Source: a virus (lineage: Duplodnaviria; Heunggongvirae; Uroviricota; Caudoviricetes). From it: a stretch of 17,265 nucleotides of DNA. Positions 1 through 9,008 of this stretch are shown in pieces. Location: the IMG/VR virus record IMGVR_UViG_2778261416_000002, positions 1 through 17,265 of that record, one strand, 5' to 3'. The translations under genes and the position numbers were made by a program. Below the pieces are notes generated by a model. That model was given only the letters and a program-made list of their open reading frames with translations. It was not told where the DNA came from and did no database searches. Within the stretch, counting starts at the first letter, position 1, and every line of letters begins with the position of its first letter.

Positions 1-1362
1 ATGTTTAAACCGGAACTCCTTTCCCCGGCGGGAACGCTGAAAAATATGCGTTACGCTTTCGCTTATGGCGCAGATGCTGTTTATGCGGGCCAGCCGCGTT
101 ACTCCCTGCGTGTGCGCAACAACGAATTCAACCACGAAAATCTTCAGCTCGGCATCAATGAAGCCCACGCGCTGGGGAAAAAGTTTTATGTCGTGGTCAA
201 CATTGCACCGCACAACGCCAAGCTGAAAACCTTTATCCGTGACCTGAAACCGGTGGTGGAAATGGGGCCGGATGCGCTGATTATGTCCGATCCAGGGCTG
301 ATTATGCTGGTGCGTGAGCACTTCCCTGAAATGCCGATCCACCTTTCGGTGCAGGCTAACGCCGTGAACTGGGCGACGGTGAAATTCTGGCAGCAAATGG
401 GCCTGACCCGCGTGATCCTCTCTCGCGAGCTGTCGCTGGAAGAGATTGAAGAGATCCGCAATCAGGTGCCGGATATGGAGATCGAGATCTTCGTTCACGG
501 CGCGCTGTGCATGGCCTACTCCGGTCGCTGCCTGCTCTCTGGCTATATCAACAAGCGCGACCCGAACCAGGGCACCTGCACCAACGCCTGCCGCTGGGAG
601 TACAACGTCCAGGAAGGGAAAGAAGATGATGTTGGCAACATCGTACACAAGTACGAGCCGATTCCGGTGCAAAATGTTGAGCCGACGCTGGGTATCGGCG
701 CACCAACCGACAAAGTGTTTATGATCGAAGAGGCCCAGCGTCCGGGCGAGTATATGACCGCGTTTGAAGATGAGCACGGCACTTACATCATGAACTCGAA
801 AGATCTGCGCGCCATCGCCCATGTAGAACGCCTGACCAAAATGGGCGTGCATTCGCTGAAAATCGAAGGCCGTACTAAATCTTTCTACTATTGCGCACGC
901 ACCGCACAGGTTTACCGTAAAGCTATCGATGACGCCGCTGCGGGCAAACCGTTCGATACCAGCCTGCTGGAAACTCTGGAAGGTCTGGCGCATCGTGGCT
1001 ATACCGAAGGTTTCCTTCGTCGTCATACTCACGACGATTATCAGAACTACGAATACGGTTATTCAGTTTCTGACCGCCAGCAGTTTGTTGGTGAGTTTAC
1101 CGGTGAGCGCAAGGGGGACCTCGCAGCGGTAGCGGTGAAAAATAAATTCTCCGTTGGCGACAGCCTTGAGCTGATGACGCCGCAAGGCAACATTAACTTT
1201 ACCCTTGAGCACATGGAAAACGCCAAAGGTGAAGCGATGCCGGTCGCACCAGGCGATGGTTATACTGTGTGGCTCCCGGTCCCGCAGGATCTTGAGCTCA
1301 ATTACGCGCTGCTGATGCGTAATTTCTCCGGGGAAACCACGCGTAACCCCCACGGTAAGTGA
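1..1362 (+). CDS. yegQ: U32-family peptidase-like protein YegQ (TrhP, tRNA 5-hydroxyuridine synthesis)
   Basis: Complete 453-aa ORF starting at window position 1. The sequence matches my recollection of E. coli YegQ, and it sits in the expected position upstream of cyaR. Confidence 0.88.
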   Translation: MFKPELLSPAGTLKNMRYAFAYGADAVYAGQPRYSLRVRNNEFNHENLQLGINEAHALGKKFYVVVNIAPHNAKLKTFIRDLKPVVEMGPDALIMSDPGLIMLVREHFPEMPIHLSVQANAVNWATVKFWQQMGLTRVILSRELSLEEIEEIRNQVPDMEIEIFVHGALCMAYSGRCLLSGYINKRDPNQGTCTNACRWEYNVQEGKEDDVGNIVHKYEPIPVQNVEPTLGIGAPTDKVFMIEEAQRPGEYMTAFEDEHGTYIMNSKDLRAIAHVERLTKMGVHSLKIEGRTKSFYYCARTAQVYRKAIDDAAAGKPFDTSLLETLEGLAHRGYTEGFLRRHTHDDYQNYEYGYSVSDRQQFVGEFTGERKGDLAAVAVKNKFSVGDSLELMTPQGNINFTLEHMENAKGEAMPVAPGDGYTVWLPVPQDLELNYALLMRNFSGETTRNPHGK

Positions 1363-1396
1363 TTAATTTCGATTATTTTTCCCGGATGGAAAATTC

Positions 1397-1440
1397 TTAG
1401 AAACCGATCACATACAGCTGCATTTATTAAGGTTATCATC
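1397..1440 (+). promoter_or_regulatory. cyaR promoter: candidate class II CRP site (ttaga-N6-tcaca, 1397..1412) and -10 hexamer tatcat (1434..1439)
   Basis: The CRP half-site TCACA at 1408..1412 puts the site centre about 42 bp upstream of the predicted cyaR 5' end at 1447. A TATCAT -10 lies 8 nt upstream of that end. CyaR is known to be CRP-activated. Confidence 0.5.
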
Positions 1441-1446
1441 CGTTTC

Positions 1447-1533
1447 GCTGAAAAACATAACCCATAAAATGCTAGCTGTACCAGGAACCACCTCCTTAGC
1501 CTGTGTAATCTCCCTTACACGGGCTTATTTTTT
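1447..1533 (+). ncRNA. cyaR: CyaR (RyeE) Hfq-dependent small RNA
   Basis: The sequence gctgaaaaacataacccataaaatgctagctgtaccaggaaccacctccttagcctgtgtaatctcccttacacgggcttatttttt matches the CyaR sRNA as I recall it. It ends in an intrinsic terminator hairpin (cccttacacggg) plus a T-run. Location between yegQ and a P2-like ogr gene is the known context. Confidence 0.85.
1507..1533. repeat. attL: 27-bp P2 attachment core (aatctcccttacacgggcttatttttt) overlapping the 3' end of cyaR
   Basis: Exact 27-bp direct repeat of 16762..16788. It is the reverse complement of the P2 att core as I recall it (AAAAAATAAGCCCGTGTAAGGGAGATT). Confidence 0.8.
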
Positions 1534-1596
1534 ACGCGTAATACAATGAAATAAAAGGATTTATTTCTGGTCACGTCCACACATTGACCACATCGA

Positions 1597-1622
1597 CAAA
1601 AAAGCCCCTCGACTGAGGGGCT
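1597..1622 (-). terminator. Intrinsic terminator downstream of ogr
   Basis: Stem agcccctc/gaggggct (1603..1610 and 1615..1622, loop gact) followed on the minus strand by a T-run (A-run 1597..1602 on plus). Confidence 0.55.
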
Positions 1623-1634
1623 TCCTGTTTGTAA

Positions 1635-1853
1635 TTACATCCACATAATTTGCTGCCCTGACGGCAACGGGTGCGGCCTTACTGCGTGGACTTCTCCCGG
1701 CTTCACGATGTATCTCTGTACCGACTCATAAGTGATGAACGTGGCGCTGCAATTCACGTTCTGACACTGGTGATAACGCTCTTTTGTCGTGTCAGTGATA
1801 TAGCGGCTTGTACGCGCATGTGCGGCATGCTGGCATAAAGGACAATGAAACAT
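1635..1853 (-). CDS. ogr: Late gene transcriptional activator Ogr (zinc-finger)
   Basis: 72-aa product MFHCPLCQHAAHARTSRYITDTTKERYHQCQNVNCSATF... matches P2 Ogr including the Cys4 zinc-binding pattern. The supplied ORF has a 21-codon upstream extension that I trim to the canonical ATG at 1853. Confidence 0.88.
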   Translation of the reverse strand: MFHCPLCQHAAHARTSRYITDTTKERYHQCQNVNCSATFITYESVQRYIVKPGEVHAVRPHPLPSGQQIMWM

Positions 1854-1934
1854 CGCGAGCACCTCTTCCGGTTTTGTTGATGGTGCCATTTTAGTTAATT
1901 TATCCTTATAAAACAAACAGATAAAATAAAAACA

Positions 1935-3098
1935 TCACTCATCATCTTCTGTTTCGTACTCCACATCAGAAAGCCTGACCTCAAGCTCCAAGGACGTCGT
2001 GAAGCCGCTATTATTCAGAAAATGTGTCACCTTAGTGATTGTCCAGTCCTGCTCGTCTATGACGCGCTTAAAGCCTGACACTTTAACCGGTGTTTCCGTG
2101 TAAATATCAGCACGACCGGTAGCCAGACTGATGGAGAACTCCGCAACGCCCCGTTGCAGCTTATCCCACTTCGCCTGAGCGGCGCGCATGGCCTGTGCTT
2201 TCGTGGCATATACCGTGGTCAGTGCAAAAACGTTGTCAGCCTCACCGGCCATGTATTCACCTTCGCGCGCCTCCGGTACTTTTGGCGCTTTCTTCTGCGT
2301 GACTGGTTTCGCTTTCGGGTGCTCCAGTGCGCGCAGGTGTTTTTCTTTCTTTTTGCGTTTCAGTTTTACCTTCTGCTTTTGCGGCTTCGGGTCTTTGGTG
2401 TGTAACCACTTTGCCGTTACGCCGGTGTAAGCTCCACGGTCAGCAATCGCAAAATGATGACGGTCACCGTCGCTGCGGGTGATGGTAATCTGCGGGATTT
2501 TTTTACCGCTGGCCGTCACCCCCTGCCCCGCTTTGAGAAACAGCAGTTTTCCCATTTTTACCGACACCTCACCGCCGTTGCGTTCAGCAAGGCGGGTCAG
2601 GAATTTTGCATCAGACTCCTGCGACTGGTCGATGTGCGGGATTTTAATTCCGGCCAGTGACGGCGCGACACTGGCTTCCAGCCTGTTACGGGAGGCTATC
2701 GCCTCAACAATCGCACCGAGCGTGGTGTCATGCCATGAGCCTTCACGGCGGGAATTGAGCGTCCCGCGAAAATCTGCACTCCGGGCGCGGATGGTGACCA
2801 CATCCGGCGCGCCCCGGTGTTCAACCTCATCAACGGTGAATTTCCCTTTGCATACCAGGGCAAAACCTTTCCAGCCGATATACACCGTCAGGACAGCGCC
2901 ACGAACCGGCAGCCCGACCTGCCCGTCGGCATCGTTCAGTTCAATATCAAGCTGGTCAGCCTCAAAGCCCCGGTTATCCGTCAGGGTCATACTCATCAGA
3001 CGGTCGCTGATATTGCCGGTAATATCCCTGCTGTCGAGCATCAGCATGTAATCCGGCGTCAGCGTACTGCCTGCATCAAATGTCAGTGCATCCAGCAT
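1935..3098 (-). CDS. D: P2 tail protein D (late control gene D family)
   Basis: 387-aa ORF whose sequence and length match P2 gpD. Its ATG overlaps the U stop codon (TAATG) and it lies immediately upstream of ogr as in P2. Confidence 0.88.
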   Translation of the reverse strand: MLDALTFDAGSTLTPDYMLMLDSRDITGNISDRLMSMTLTDNRGFEADQLDIELNDADGQVGLPVRGAVLTVYIGWKGFALVCKGKFTVDEVEHRGAPDVVTIRARSADFRGTLNSRREGSWHDTTLGAIVEAIASRNRLEASVAPSLAGIKIPHIDQSQESDAKFLTRLAERNGGEVSVKMGKLLFLKAGQGVTASGKKIPQITITRSDGDRHHFAIADRGAYTGVTAKWLHTKDPKPQKQKVKLKRKKKEKHLRALEHPKAKPVTQKKAPKVPEAREGEYMAGEADNVFALTTVYATKAQAMRAAQAKWDKLQRGVAEFSISLATGRADIYTETPVKVSGFKRVIDEQDWTITKVTHFLNNSGFTTSLELEVRLSDVEYETEDDE

Positions 3099-3577
3099 TA
3101 TCCCGCCCCCGTCATACCCGTGAATCTGGTCGCCATACTGCCAGCTTTACCGATGAGCGATTCCGCCTGTTTACCGATATCGCCATAAAGCGCGGCCAGT
3201 GATTCATCAACGCGGGTGAGCGACAGCGTAAAATCAATTTTCCGGGGTGTGCCGTCTGCAAAGAAAATACTCCCTGTTTCACTCACCCTGCTGATGACAT
3301 ACATGCCGTAAATCATGCCGATGCCATCCAGCAACGGCCACGCCCGGCCTTCCTCTGCCATCAGCCTGAGCGTGGTCATCGTCAGCTTTCCGCCGGTCAG
3401 TTCGGGATAAAGCACACCGGCAAGCGTGATGTTTTCCTCGCCAACGCCGAGAAACTGGTAGGCATCCCGTTTACCGATACGGGAATTTGACGGCCAGCGA
3501 TAATCTGATTCACGCTGCATGGTCTGGTGTGGCAGCGTCTGGCGCATAAAAACAAACATACCTAACGCGAGCATCAT
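3098..3577 (-). CDS. U: P2 tail protein U
   Basis: 159-aa ORF between the T C-terminus and D, as in P2. Strong Shine-Dalgarno AGGAGGTGA 6 nt upstream of the ATG. Confidence 0.85.
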   Translation of the reverse strand: MMLALGMFVFMRQTLPHQTMQRESDYRWPSNSRIGKRDAYQFLGVGEENITLAGVLYPELTGGKLTMTTLRLMAEEGRAWPLLDGIGMIYGMYVISRVSETGSIFFADGTPRKIDFTLSLTRVDESLAALYGDIGKQAESLIGKAGSMATRFTGMTGAG

Positions 3578-3591
3578 TTTTCGTCACCTCC

Positions 3592-4911
3592 TTAACCGTC
3601 ATGCATCATGCTGGCACGGGCGCGCGCACGTTTATCCCGCTCGTATTTTTCGAGCGCATCCTGTAACTGGCGGTCAAGCTGTGTCCCCGGCGCAGTACCA
3701 CCCGTCAGGCTGATGTGATATTCGTTTTTACTCTGGTCCACATAAGAGCGGCCAGCCGGTGCCGTAACCGGCTGATAAGCCTGATAGTCTGCATAAGAGC
3801 TGGTCGCCGGAATATAACCACCGCTGCCATACGTGGCGGCTTGAGTTCTGGCGGCGGTCTGGTCAAGTGTGTCTGACTCTTTGTTGATAACACCGAGTTT
3901 TTCCAGTACCCAGTCAATTCCGCTGCGCAGTTTGTTGAACGCATTAAGCGGCAGCATCAGCGCGTCAGCCAGTGCCTGCCCGAACATGACGCCAGTATCA
4001 CGGCAACGGTTCAGGGTGTCCTGGGTGGCTTTGACCGGGGCAATCAGGTTTTTAAACCACTGCCACGCGGCCTGTAACTTTTCGCCCAGCCAGTCAAACA
4101 CCGGCTTAAGTGGCGTGAACAGTTCCCCCACCGGCGCAAATGCCGCTTTCAGCCCTTCCATCACACCGCCAAAGAATGCGCTGACAGGCTCCCAGTATTT
4201 ACGGATAAGCAACGCCCCGGCGACAATGGCGGCCACCACGGCCACAATCAGGTTGTTGGTCGCATCCATCACCAGTGCGTCAAGGCTGGCATAATCACCG
4301 CCCTTACCCACGCGGATAACCTCAGAGGTCGTGTGACCTTCCTCGTCAGTGACCTTGCTCATCACGCGCGCCGGGGCTTCATTGCGGTATTTCTGCAGCC
4401 AGCCGACCGCCACATCCTGCAGCATCGGATTGCTGCTGCGGTCAGAGGTTTCGGCACGCCTCACGCCGTTAAAACCGGCCATGATGAAATCAAGGGACTG
4501 GCGTTTGATAATGGCGTTACGGACACGGAGCTGGAAATCCTGATAACGCGCCCACAGGTCCAGCGTTTTGTAGCGGATATAAAAATCGAAGTTAATCTGG
4601 TCGCATTCGTACTTGTTTGACGCCAGCTTCGAGAAGTCCTTCGGCTGACGCTCGGTGCCACCGGCGGTGTCGGTGGTGCTGGCGATGGAGCCGGTGACAC
4701 CGATGCCAATTTTTTCCCCTTTCATTTCGCTGACCGGCACAATGTTGATGCGGGTCAGAAAGTCAGAGGACTCCTGCATGGTGTTCATCAGGGTCTGGGT
4801 GACCGACGGTTCAACGGTGAATTTTTTCGACACATCACCGGCGTCGATGCCGTTCAGTTCGGCAACACGGGACAGGTAGGCATTAAATTTAAAGCGGGTT
4901 TCCTGGCGCAT
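3592..4911 (-). CDS. Chimeric ORF: N-terminal ~222 aa of major capsid protein gpN fused in frame to C-terminal ~217 aa of tail tape measure protein gpT (deletion derivative)
   Basis: The N-terminus MRQETRFKFNAYLSRVAELNG... up to ...DALVMDATNNLI matches P2 gpN as I recall it, but the ORF is 439 aa where gpN is 357 aa. The C-terminal part has hydrophobic helices (VAVVAAIVAGALLI...) and ends immediately upstream of U, the position of the T 3' end. gpO lies directly upstream. The junction is near nt 4246. Confidence 0.7.
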   Translation of the reverse strand: MRQETRFKFNAYLSRVAELNGIDAGDVSKKFTVEPSVTQTLMNTMQESSDFLTRINIVPVSEMKGEKIGIGVTGSIASTTDTAGGTERQPKDFSKLASNKYECDQINFDFYIRYKTLDLWARYQDFQLRVRNAIIKRQSLDFIMAGFNGVRRAETSDRSSNPMLQDVAVGWLQKYRNEAPARVMSKVTDEEGHTTSEVIRVGKGGDYASLDALVMDATNNLIVAVVAAIVAGALLIRKYWEPVSAFFGGVMEGLKAAFAPVGELFTPLKPVFDWLGEKLQAAWQWFKNLIAPVKATQDTLNRCRDTGVMFGQALADALMLPLNAFNKLRSGIDWVLEKLGVINKESDTLDQTAARTQAATYGSGGYIPATSSYADYQAYQPVTAPAGRSYVDQSKNEYHISLTGGTAPGTQLDRQLQDALEKYERDKRARARASMMHDG

Positions 4912-4969
4912 AGTTTTTCCTGAAATTAAGGGTTAATCGTGAAGGTTTTCCCGGACTGACTGACGCCGG

Positions 4970-5824
4970 TCAGCAGTTCGTCATCAGGGCGTCACCGCCA
5001 CCACCGTTGGCCTTGCTGCGGCGCTGCTGGGTCAGACTTTCGGTGTGGTCGAGACTGTTTTTCAGGCGGGTGAATGCCTGGCTGGTTTCATCCGCCCTGT
5101 CAGTCACATCCTGCTTAAGGGCGGAAAAAGCGGTTTCCATCTCAGCGAGGCGCTGCTCAGTGGCGCTCAGTTTTTCCTGCACATGTTCAGCAACAGCGGT
5201 CACCGCTTCATGCACGTCATTCAGACGGGCGTCATCGCTGGCCTGTTTGCGGCCAAAAATGGACTTCACCTTTTCGGTCAGGGCGGTGAACACGGTTTCA
5301 GGCAGGTCTTCAAATTCCAGCTCAACGGGCGTTGCCACTGAAATCAGGTTTTCAGGGCTTAATTTGAAGCGGTTCAGGGGGTTGTGTTTTGCCGTGCGGC
5401 AGAATTCCAGGTATTCCGTGCCGAGGCTTGCCGGGTCATCGGTGACGGCCAGACCCACCAGATAACATTTGCCGGTATTGGCAAAGTTCGGCTGAATTTC
5501 CATTGAGGTATAGACCTTCTGCGCGGCCTTGTTCATCGCGATAAGGTCATCGGTCGGGGTGATTTTCGCAAACAGCGCCCATTTGCCTTTCAGCGCCGAA
5601 TCATCGTCAATCTTTTCGGCCTTCAGTTCGGCCACATCGCCATAACGCTTAAAAATACCGTCAGGCAGGATGCCTCGCAGATGTTCCAGGTTAATGCGGC
5701 AACCATAGACTCGCGGGTCAAAGGTTTCGGCCATTTCCTGAATATCCTGCGCACTGATGACACGCCCGTCACAGGTGTCACCCTCTACGCCGATACGAAA
5801 GAATTTTGAGACTTTTTTTGCCAT
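4970..5824 (-). CDS. O: Capsid scaffolding protein gpO
   Basis: 284-aa product beginning MAKKVSKFFRIGVEGDTCDGRV... matches P2 gpO. The supplied ORF extends 22 codons further upstream; I trim to the canonical ATG at 5824. Confidence 0.88.
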   Translation of the reverse strand: MAKKVSKFFRIGVEGDTCDGRVISAQDIQEMAETFDPRVYGCRINLEHLRGILPDGIFKRYGDVAELKAEKIDDDSALKGKWALFAKITPTDDLIAMNKAAQKVYTSMEIQPNFANTGKCYLVGLAVTDDPASLGTEYLEFCRTAKHNPLNRFKLSPENLISVATPVELEFEDLPETVFTALTEKVKSIFGRKQASDDARLNDVHEAVTAVAEHVQEKLSATEQRLAEMETAFSALKQDVTDRADETSQAFTRLKNSLDHTESLTQQRRSKANGGGGDALMTNC

Positions 5825-5997
5825 TGTCAGGAGTCCTGAATAGTGATTAGAGGAGTCACATGTCGGCATCAGTTTCCCGACGATGCGCATCCTCCGCCAT
5901 CAGTCCCGGATGGCTTATCACTGACACAACAGCACCTTAGCGAATCGCGGGGCGCGACTCAGTAGCCTTGCCGTGTATTCATCACGGCGAGGTATTC

Positions 5998-7770
5998 ATG
6001 ACCATCACCACAGACACCACTCTTTTACACGACCCGCGTCGTCAGGCGGCGCTGCTGTACTGGCAGGGATTTTCCGTGCCGCAGATTGCCGCCATGTTGC
6101 AGATGAAACGCCCGACGGTGCAGAGCTGGAAACAGCGCGACGGCTGGGACAGCGTTGCCCCCATCAGCCGTGTCGAAATGAGTCTGGAAGCGCGGCTGAC
6201 CCAGCTCATCATCAAACCGCAGAAAACCGGCGGTGACTTCAAGGAAATTGACCTGCTCGGACGCCAGATTGAACGACTGGCACGGGTCAACCGTTACAGT
6301 CAGACCGGCAACGAGGCAGACCTTAATCCGAACGTCGCTAACCGCAACAAAGGCGGGCGGCGCAAACCGAAAAAGAATTTTTTCAGTGACGAGGCCATCG
6401 AAAAGCTGGAGCAGATTTTCTTTGAGCAGTCTTTCGAATATCAGTTGCACTGGTATCGCGCCGGGCTTGAGCACCGCATCCGCGATATCCTGAAATCCCG
6501 CCAGATTGGCGCGACGTTTTATTTTTCCCGCGAGGCGCTGCTGCGCGCCCTGAAAACAGGTCATAACCAGATTTTTCTGTCGGCCAGTAAAACGCAGGCG
6601 TATGTGTTCCGCGAATACATCATCGCCTTTGCCCGGCTGGTTGACGTTGACCTGACCGGTGACCCGATTGTCCTGGGCAATAACGGCGCAAAACTGATTT
6701 TTCTCGGCACCAACTCCAACACCGCGCAGAGCCATAACGGCGACCTGTACGTCGATGAGATTTTCTGGATCCCGAATTTTCAGGTACTGCGTAAGGTGGC
6801 ATCAGGTATGGCCTCACAGAGTCACCTGCGCTCGACCTATTTCTCCACCCCGTCCACGCTGGCGCACGACGCCTACCCGTTCTGGTCGGGTGAACTGTTC
6901 AACCGGGGACGCGCCAGCGCCGCCGAACGCGTGGAAATCGACGTCAGTCATAATGCCCTTGCCGGTGGGCTTCTCTGTGCGGACGGTCAGTGGCGGCAGA
7001 TTGTCACCATTGAGGACGCCCTGAAAGGCGGCTGCACACTGTTCGACATTGAGCAGCTCAAACGCGAAAACAGCGCCGACGATTTTAAAAACCTGTTCAT
7101 GTGTGAATTTGTTGACGACAAGGCGTCGGTATTCCCGTTCGAGGAGCTGCAACGCTGCATGGTCGACACGCTGGAAGAATGGGAAGACTATGCGCCGTTT
7201 GCCGCCAATCCGTTCGGCTCCCGCCCGGTATGGATTGGTTACGACCCGTCACACCGTGGCGACAGCGCCGGATGCGTGGTGCTGGCACCGCCGGTGGTGG
7301 CCGGTGGCAAATTCAGAATACTTGAGCGTCACCAGTGGAAAGGCATGGACTTTGCCACCCAGGCGGAATCCATCCGCAAACTCACCGAAAAATACAACGT
7401 CGAATACATCGGAATTGATGCCACCGGCCTCGGTGTCGGCGTGTTCCAGCTCGTGCGCTCGTTCTATCCCGCCGCGCGCGACATCCGCTACACGCCGGAA
7501 ATGAAAACCGCAATGGTGCTCAAGGCAAAAGACGTTATCCGCCGTGGCTGTCTGGAATATGACGTCAGCGCCACCGACATCACCAGCTCGTTTATGGCTA
7601 TCCGCAAGACCATGACCAGCAGCGGACGCAGCGCCACCTATGAGGCCAGCCGCAGCGAGGAAGCCAGCCACGCCGACCTCGCATGGGCGACCATGCACGC
7701 CCTGTTAAATGAGCCACTCACCGCCGGTATCAGCACCCCGCTGACATCCACCATTCTGGAGTTTTACTGA
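5998..7770 (+). CDS. P: Terminase ATPase (large) subunit gpP
   Basis: 590-aa product beginning MTITTDTTLLHDPRRQAALLYWQGFSVPQIA... matches P2 gpP. The supplied ORF begins at a TTG at 5968; the ATG at 5998 has a GAGG Shine-Dalgarno 5 nt upstream. Divergent from O, as in P2. Confidence 0.88.
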   Translation: MTITTDTTLLHDPRRQAALLYWQGFSVPQIAAMLQMKRPTVQSWKQRDGWDSVAPISRVEMSLEARLTQLIIKPQKTGGDFKEIDLLGRQIERLARVNRYSQTGNEADLNPNVANRNKGGRRKPKKNFFSDEAIEKLEQIFFEQSFEYQLHWYRAGLEHRIRDILKSRQIGATFYFSREALLRALKTGHNQIFLSASKTQAYVFREYIIAFARLVDVDLTGDPIVLGNNGAKLIFLGTNSNTAQSHNGDLYVDEIFWIPNFQVLRKVASGMASQSHLRSTYFSTPSTLAHDAYPFWSGELFNRGRASAAERVEIDVSHNALAGGLLCADGQWRQIVTIEDALKGGCTLFDIEQLKRENSADDFKNLFMCEFVDDKASVFPFEELQRCMVDTLEEWEDYAPFAANPFGSRPVWIGYDPSHRGDSAGCVVLAPPVVAGGKFRILERHQWKGMDFATQAESIRKLTEKYNVEYIGIDATGLGVGVFQLVRSFYPAARDIRYTPEMKTAMVLKAKDVIRRGCLEYDVSATDITSSFMAIRKTMTSSGRSATYEASRSEEASHADLAWATMHALLNEPLTAGISTPLTSTILEFY

Positions 7771-8804
7771 TGAGCAAGAAAAAAGGGAAAACACCGCAAC
7801 CTGCGGCAAAAAAAATGACCGCCAGCGCCCTGAAAATGGAGGCATTCACCTTTGGTGAGCCGGTGCCGGTACTCGACCGCCGTGACATTCTGGATTACGT
7901 CGAGTGCATCAGTAACGGCAGATGGTATGAGCCACCGGTCAGCTTTACCGGTCTGGCAAAAAGCCTGCGTGCTGCCGTGCATCACAGCTCACCGATTTAC
8001 GTTAAACGCAATATTCTGGCCTCGACATTTATCCCGCATCCGTGGCTTTCTCAGCAGGATTTTAGCCGCTTTGTACTGGATTTTCTGGTGTTCGGTAATG
8101 CGTTTCTGGAAAAGCGTTACAGCACCACCGGTAAGGTCATCAGACTGGAAACCTCACCGGCAAAATATACCCGCCGTGGTGTGGAAGAGGATGTTTACTG
8201 GTGGGTGCCGTCCTTCAACGAGCCGACACCTTTCACGCCCGGCTCCGTGTTTCACCTGCTGGAGCCGGATATTAATCAGGAGCTGTACGGCCTGCCGGAA
8301 TATCTCAGCGCCCTTAATTCTGCCTGGCTGAATGAGTCGGCCACGCTGTTCCGCCGCAAGTATTACGAAAACGGCGCACATGCCGGATACATCATGTACG
8401 TCACTGATGCCGTGCAGGATCGCAACGATATCGAAATGCTTCGCGAAAACATGGTTAAGTCGAAAGGCCGCAACAACTTTAAAAACCTGTTTCTCTATGC
8501 CCCGCAGGGGAAAGCTGACGGCATTAAAATTATCCCGCTCAGTGAAGTGGCAACGAAGGACGATTTTTTTAATATCAAAAAAGCCAGCGCCGCTGACCTG
8601 CTGGACGCACACCGCATCCCCTTTCAGTTGATGGGCGGCAAGCCGGAGAACGTCGGGTCGCTGGGTGATATTGAGAAAGTGGCAAAGGTCTTTGTCCGCA
8701 ATGAGCTTATCCCGTTACAGGACAGGATCCGCGAGATAAACGGCTGGCTCGGTCAGGAGGTCATCCGCTTTAAAAACTACTCACTGGACACTGACAACGG
8801 CTGA
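7770..8804 (+). CDS. Q: Portal (capsid portal vertex) protein gpQ
   Basis: 344-aa product matching P2 gpQ in sequence and length. Its start overlaps the P stop (TGATG). It is transcribed toward cos, as in P2. Confidence 0.88.
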   Translation: MSKKKGKTPQPAAKKMTASALKMEAFTFGEPVPVLDRRDILDYVECISNGRWYEPPVSFTGLAKSLRAAVHHSSPIYVKRNILASTFIPHPWLSQQDFSRFVLDFLVFGNAFLEKRYSTTGKVIRLETSPAKYTRRGVEEDVYWWVPSFNEPTPFTPGSVFHLLEPDINQELYGLPEYLSALNSAWLNESATLFRRKYYENGAHAGYIMYVTDAVQDRNDIEMLRENMVKSKGRNNFKNLFLYAPQGKADGIKIIPLSEVATKDDFFNIKKASAADLLDAHRIPFQLMGGKPENVGSLGDIEKVAKVFVRNELIPLQDRIREINGWLGQEVIRFKNYSLDTDNG

Positions 8805-8808
8805 ACAT

Positions 8809-8830
8809 CGCCGCCTGCGGGCGGCTTTTT
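8809..8830 (+). terminator. Intrinsic terminator downstream of Q
   Basis: GC stem gccgcc/ggcggc with loop tgcg, followed by tttttt (8825..8830). Confidence 0.6.
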
Positions 8831-8965
8831 TACACCCCGCCCTCACACGCTCACCACCGCACAAAACATCCCGCAGACACACCAACGCCCCGGCGAACAA
8901 TCTAAACGCCATCACGACGCGCTCAGACGCTGAAAAAATAAAATCAGCACTACCGCCAGCGCGCA

Positions 8966-8984
8966 GTGCTTTCCCCGCCTCGCC
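8966..8984. other. cos site: 19-nt cohesive-end sequence of P2 (gtgctttccccgcctcgcc, reverse complement of GGCGAGGCGGGGAAAGCAC)
   Basis: Exact match to the P2 19-nt cohesive end as I recall it, in the expected position just past the 3' end of Q. Confidence 0.8.
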
Positions 8985-9008
8985 CGCCCGCTTCATGAGA
9001 CGGTTTTA

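Noticed and set aside
2154-3051. Several ORFs (83 to 190 aa) on the plus strand inside gene D
   Set aside because: They are antisense to a well-supported conserved phage gene, have no ribosome-binding sites, and have low-complexity Ser/Arg/Cys-rich translations typical of frame artefacts in GC-rich DNA.
5825-5997. Search for Ogr-dependent late-promoter dyads (TGT-N12-ACA) in the O/P divergent intergenic region
   Set aside because: No exact TGT-N12-ACA match was found. The closest is tgg-N12-aca at 5911..5928, and a short palindrome ccgtg...cacgg lies at 5971..5987. Late promoters are expected here from gene arrangement, but I cannot place them confidently and my recollection of the consensus may be imperfect.
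6025-7698. Antisense and alternative-frame ORFs (up to 236 aa) within terminase gene P
   Set aside because: They overlap the conserved gpP coding frame and have Arg/Gly/Ala-rich composition with no recognisable domain; most likely spurious.
8781-8996. 71-aa minus-strand ORF covering the cos region
   Set aside because: It spans the cos site and the Q terminator and has Arg/Ala/Gly-rich composition; a GC-rich frame artefact.
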